NCBI GenBank assembly: GCA_016839585.1
Contig: JAEOTZ010000080.1
Span: 1-39,714 of the forward strand
From: Promethearchaeota archaeon
GTDB lineage: Archaea > Asgardarchaeota > Lokiarchaeia > Sigyniarchaeales > SOKP01
Direction: 5' to 3'
DNA: 39,714 bases
The notes below the pieces were generated by a model that saw only the letters and a program-made list of their open reading frames with translations, was not told where the DNA came from and did not search any database. The translations under genes and the position numbers were made by a program. Positions 36,733 through 39,714 of the stretch are shown here, piece by piece. Position 1 is the first letter of the stretch. Each line of letters begins with the position of its first letter.

Positions 36733-37656
36733 ATGCCAAGTGCAATCTTTTTATATGAAATTGATCCATCTTTTGGTCCTAATATACTAGCTGAATACTA
36801 CTTAGACATAGATGATAAAGTCCCTCCCAATATTTTAAAAGAATTCTCAGAAAAGCATAAAAATAAAGAGTTTTTGGATGCCACTACTAGAAATGAAAAC
36901 ATACGTTATTATTCTCGCAAGGTAAATGCAGAATCGCTACAAAAAGACAACTTCTATTTAGGCTTTATTTTAAGAGAAGGAGAAGACTTAATTTCTTTAA
37001 AAAGTTTATTTCAAAAATTCGAAAAATCAGTTATTCAAAATTATGCTAGTGATAAAACAGAGATGAGTGAAGTACTTAAAAATACATTAAATTCTGCTTT
37101 AAGTTTAATGGAGAAATTAAAAGAACCAACAATCGTGAAAGAAACTATTAATGAGAAAACTAAACAATTATTAGATGAGGAAAAGCTTCAAGAAGCTAGA
37201 GAATTAATCGATTTGGGAGAAGAGATTCCTGAAAGATTATCAGCTGAAGTAAGAGAGGGAGAACAATTCCTAACAGAAAAGTTTTATAAGAAGGCTAAAA
37301 GGAGTTTCCTTAAAGCAGCTGAACTAGCCGCGAAGATTCAAGAAGAGGAAATCGTTTTATTCTTAAAAAATAAAGCAGAACAAGTTGGCAATTTTCCTGA
37401 TTTGATAAAAGAACGTGAGGATCTCTATAAAGTTTTAGAACAAGTATTTAACGATTTAGAAAGTAATCGTTTGTACCTTTATGGTGATTTAGCTGAACCA
37501 ATTGATAGATTACTATATCTTTCTAATACTTTTGAAGAAGATGAATTAATCAAAACTTTAACTGAATTAAAAAAAAGTACTCATAATGCAACTCAATTAG
37601 CAAAAGAATTATATAGATTAGATAAAAAAATAAAAGAACTCTTTAATAAAGTTTAG
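36733..37656 (+). CDS. uDENN/longin-like domain plus a helical-bundle domain protein
   Basis: SAIFLYEIDPSFGPNILAEYY resembles the first hairpin of uDENN (hhhxxFD...GP). FYLGFILREGED plus a helix follows. The remainder is all-helical (YKKAKRSFLKAAELA). Confidence 0.55.
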   Translation: MPSAIFLYEIDPSFGPNILAEYYLDIDDKVPPNILKEFSEKHKNKEFLDATTRNENIRYYSRKVNAESLQKDNFYLGFILREGEDLISLKSLFQKFEKSVIQNYASDKTEMSEVLKNTLNSALSLMEKLKEPTIVKETINEKTKQLLDEEKLQEARELIDLGEEIPERLSAEVREGEQFLTEKFYKKAKRSFLKAAELAAKIQEEEIVLFLKNKAEQVGNFPDLIKEREDLYKVLEQVFNDLESNRLYLYGDLAEPIDRLLYLSNTFEEDELIKTLTELKKSTHNATQLAKELYRLDKKIKELFNKV

Positions 37657-39485
37657 TCATTTCCCGAGTCAGAAGAATTGTCCTCTGTAGATGATTCTTC
37701 AATTGCGGGAGGTGTATACTCACCAATACCTGGAAAGATAATTTTTGCGATATTCCAACCTTCTTCTGTAGGGAACTTCAATGCATTTTCAATTAAACGC
37801 TCCCCTAATTCATTGTTTAATTCAACTCTGTGGATTTCAGGATTATCTTTCAAAATTAATTCATATTTTGCGCCACCAGTACCCATTGGTACAATTAATA
37901 AAGCTTCATCAATTGCTTTTTGATCAATAGCATCTTTTAACCGTTTTGCTGCATAATATCCCGCTACCCCTGCACTTCGATCGAAGGTTTTAATAGATGG
38001 TATCTCTATACCCCATTTTTTACCTTCAGCTTGAATTAAAGCTGCTAAAGTTTGTGCTCTTTTTCCAAGCTTGAATTTAAATTCCATTTGCGTTTTGAAT
38101 TTCTTTCCTTTTTCTTCTCCTACCATATTTATGCATTTTAAAGTAGCACCAGCAATAGATTGAGGATTTACATCTATGGAATATTCCTCCTCAGCTAAAA
38201 TGTCTTCAATTGTTTTTTTAATAATTTCTCTCGGTTTGGAAAAGTCTATTGCTTCTTCTTCAACTTCAGTTGGAGGTTTAGCTGTTGCAACAATTTCCGC
38301 ACCGACCTTCAGAAGTTCATCTACAGTCATCTCATCCATAACCACTTTATCTATAAATCGTCTACATAGTTTTATAGAATTTCTTGGATTACCTTGTGTT
38401 TTGTCGTAGATCATTTCTAATAATTTCTCGTTTAATGGAAATAATGGATATAAAGGAGGATTTAAGTTATTTTCCTCCCAAAATACTTCCATGGATTTTG
38501 AGAAAAATATTTTCAAATCATTTAAACTAAATGGCTTTAAATCCTGTTCAGGTTCCATTCGTGATCTTAATGGAGCATCAGCAATTTCAATAATTCTTGG
38601 CCAAATCTCTTTTAATACTGCAATTGTAATTACAAGACCCTTAACTTCGTTATATAGCCTTTTTAAGATTTCTAGGAATTTACGTTCTGCTACTTCTCCG
38701 AGCATTCTATATGGGGATTCAAGTTCATCAAAATAGAGAATAAGAACCCTATCTAAATTTTCTGTGATAATTTTAATCATACTAAGACAGGTGTCATCTT
38801 CCTCTAGTACAGAATTAATACCAAGTTCGCTTAAATCCTCATCTTCCAAATCTTCTCCAAGAAGCCATCTCTCTGCTAATGCTTTTTTGTTCTTATCTAG
38901 TTGATATGTAACGAATGCTTTTACACAATCAGCGAAAACACCTGGAAATTCTCTAATCCCTTTTTGTATAACTTCATCAATTTTAGGTTTTTGGAACAAT
39001 CCTGCTTTTTTTCCGCCCCACTTCATAATTAATCTCTCAGAAACAATATCTAAGAGTTCAGGTCCACATTCTTCGATTATGCAAGTATAAACATGAAGAA
39101 GTACGCGTATACTTGCTGGAGGACTGGGAACGTAAACAATGGTCCAATTTACAGGTTCTAGTTGCCCCACTTCTATTTCTTGCGATTCTTCGGCGCTCTC
39201 TAATTTTTTCCTATTTTCTCTTTCCTTGTCTTTGAAAGAATGATATGCGTGGGTTTTTCCAGTTCCTGCGCTACCGAGCAAAGGAATCATACGCGAACTT
39301 CGGTCTCGGTAAGTCTGGCGGACTAGTCTATATACTTCTCTGTCTATATAGCTCCTTGGACGTGCTATATCAATTCGGTCAGGAATATCTCCACGACTGA
39401 CGAAATTAGAGAAGGGAAGGATTGGTGAGGTGCGGAGGACTTCGAGATAAAGATTTTTGTCATCATCTGAAAGCTCACTATACAT
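37653..39485 (-). CDS. AAA+ P-loop ATPase, BrxD/DUF2791-like, with a C-terminal alpha/beta domain
   Basis: Walker A GSAGTGKT, Walker B ILYFDELE, Arg finger LRSR and sensor-2 GNPR. Helical insert LAERWLLGE...LSELGI. Its stop codon overlaps that of the convergent gene. Confidence 0.75.
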   Translation of the reverse strand: MYSELSDDDKNLYLEVLRTSPILPFSNFVSRGDIPDRIDIARPRSYIDREVYRLVRQTYRDRSSRMIPLLGSAGTGKTHAYHSFKDKERENRKKLESAEESQEIEVGQLEPVNWTIVYVPSPPASIRVLLHVYTCIIEECGPELLDIVSERLIMKWGGKKAGLFQKPKIDEVIQKGIREFPGVFADCVKAFVTYQLDKNKKALAERWLLGEDLEDEDLSELGINSVLEEDDTCLSMIKIITENLDRVLILYFDELESPYRMLGEVAERKFLEILKRLYNEVKGLVITIAVLKEIWPRIIEIADAPLRSRMEPEQDLKPFSLNDLKIFFSKSMEVFWEENNLNPPLYPLFPLNEKLLEMIYDKTQGNPRNSIKLCRRFIDKVVMDEMTVDELLKVGAEIVATAKPPTEVEEEAIDFSKPREIIKKTIEDILAEEEYSIDVNPQSIAGATLKCINMVGEEKGKKFKTQMEFKFKLGKRAQTLAALIQAEGKKWGIEIPSIKTFDRSAGVAGYYAAKRLKDAIDQKAIDEALLIVPMGTGGAKYELILKDNPEIHRVELNNELGERLIENALKFPTEEGWNIAKIIFPGIGEYTPPAIEESSTEDNSSDSGND

Positions 39486-39679
39486 AATTGACGATTTCCT
39501 CTTGATTTTATGATATTATCTAATTTTTATTTGATATAAATTAAATTTATTAATATAAACAATTTTTAATAGCATATAATCTATTTAGTTTCTAGCTATT
39601 ATAATATTTAATTAATAATTTTACCTATTAAATTTATTTGATAATAAGATAATCAAAAATGCTAAGGAGATGATAAAGA

Positions 39680-39714
39680 GTGCCTAAAAAAAATGAAGAT
39701 GACGACGAGGATGA
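39680..39714 (+). CDS. 5' fragment of a CDS running off the window (MPKKNEDDDED...)
   Basis: GTG start preceded by an RBS-like GGAGATGA at 39666-39673. The frame stays open to the window end. Confidence 0.45.
   Translation, partial: MPKKNEDDDED

Noticed and set aside
907-38736. Short ORF-track entries overlapping long genes (e.g. 907..1101, 9111..9479, 11294..11593, 14217..14486, 15499..15999, 24144..24492, 30487..30693, 32565..32828, 35365..35679, 37678..38736)
   Set aside because: They are antisense or off-frame shadows of well-supported CDSs and have no recognisable motifs.
1-39714. tRNA, rRNA, transposase, integrase or prophage genes
   Set aside because: Intergenic gaps are short and very AT-rich with no GC-rich structured segment, and no ORF shows mobile-element motifs.

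Overview
This is a very AT-rich, gene-dense archaeal window. Its gene content points to an Asgard archaeon, most likely Lokiarchaeia: two Loki-CTERM-like C-termini, two longin/uDENN-like proteins, PCI-like winged helices, Ftr, an NDP-forming acyl-CoA synthetase and Hef. The taxonomy is inferred from content only. I found no rRNA, tRNA, CRISPR array or mobile element. The window holds a 5'-truncated Hef/FANCM-type helicase, a 1460-aa membrane-anchored prenyltransferase-fold/PCI/coiled-coil protein, a C13 (legumain/GPI8-like) peptidase, two FAD-oxidoreductase + CCG Fe-S modules, acyl-CoA ligases, surface proteins, a CPBP protease, a transglutaminase-like protein, ftr, a uDENN/longin-like protein and a BrxD-like AAA+ ATPase. 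The best candidate for an undescribed system is the minus-strand six-gene operon at 12820-21972. It encodes two ABC-2 permeases, a normal ABC ATPase, an ABC ATPase fused through a TM helix to a large extracellular prenyltransferase/squalene-cyclase-fold domain, a dead ABC domain fused to RWD/UEV (E2-like) domains, and a longin domain fused to 4 TM helices. All domain calls are by-eye motif recognition; no searches were run.
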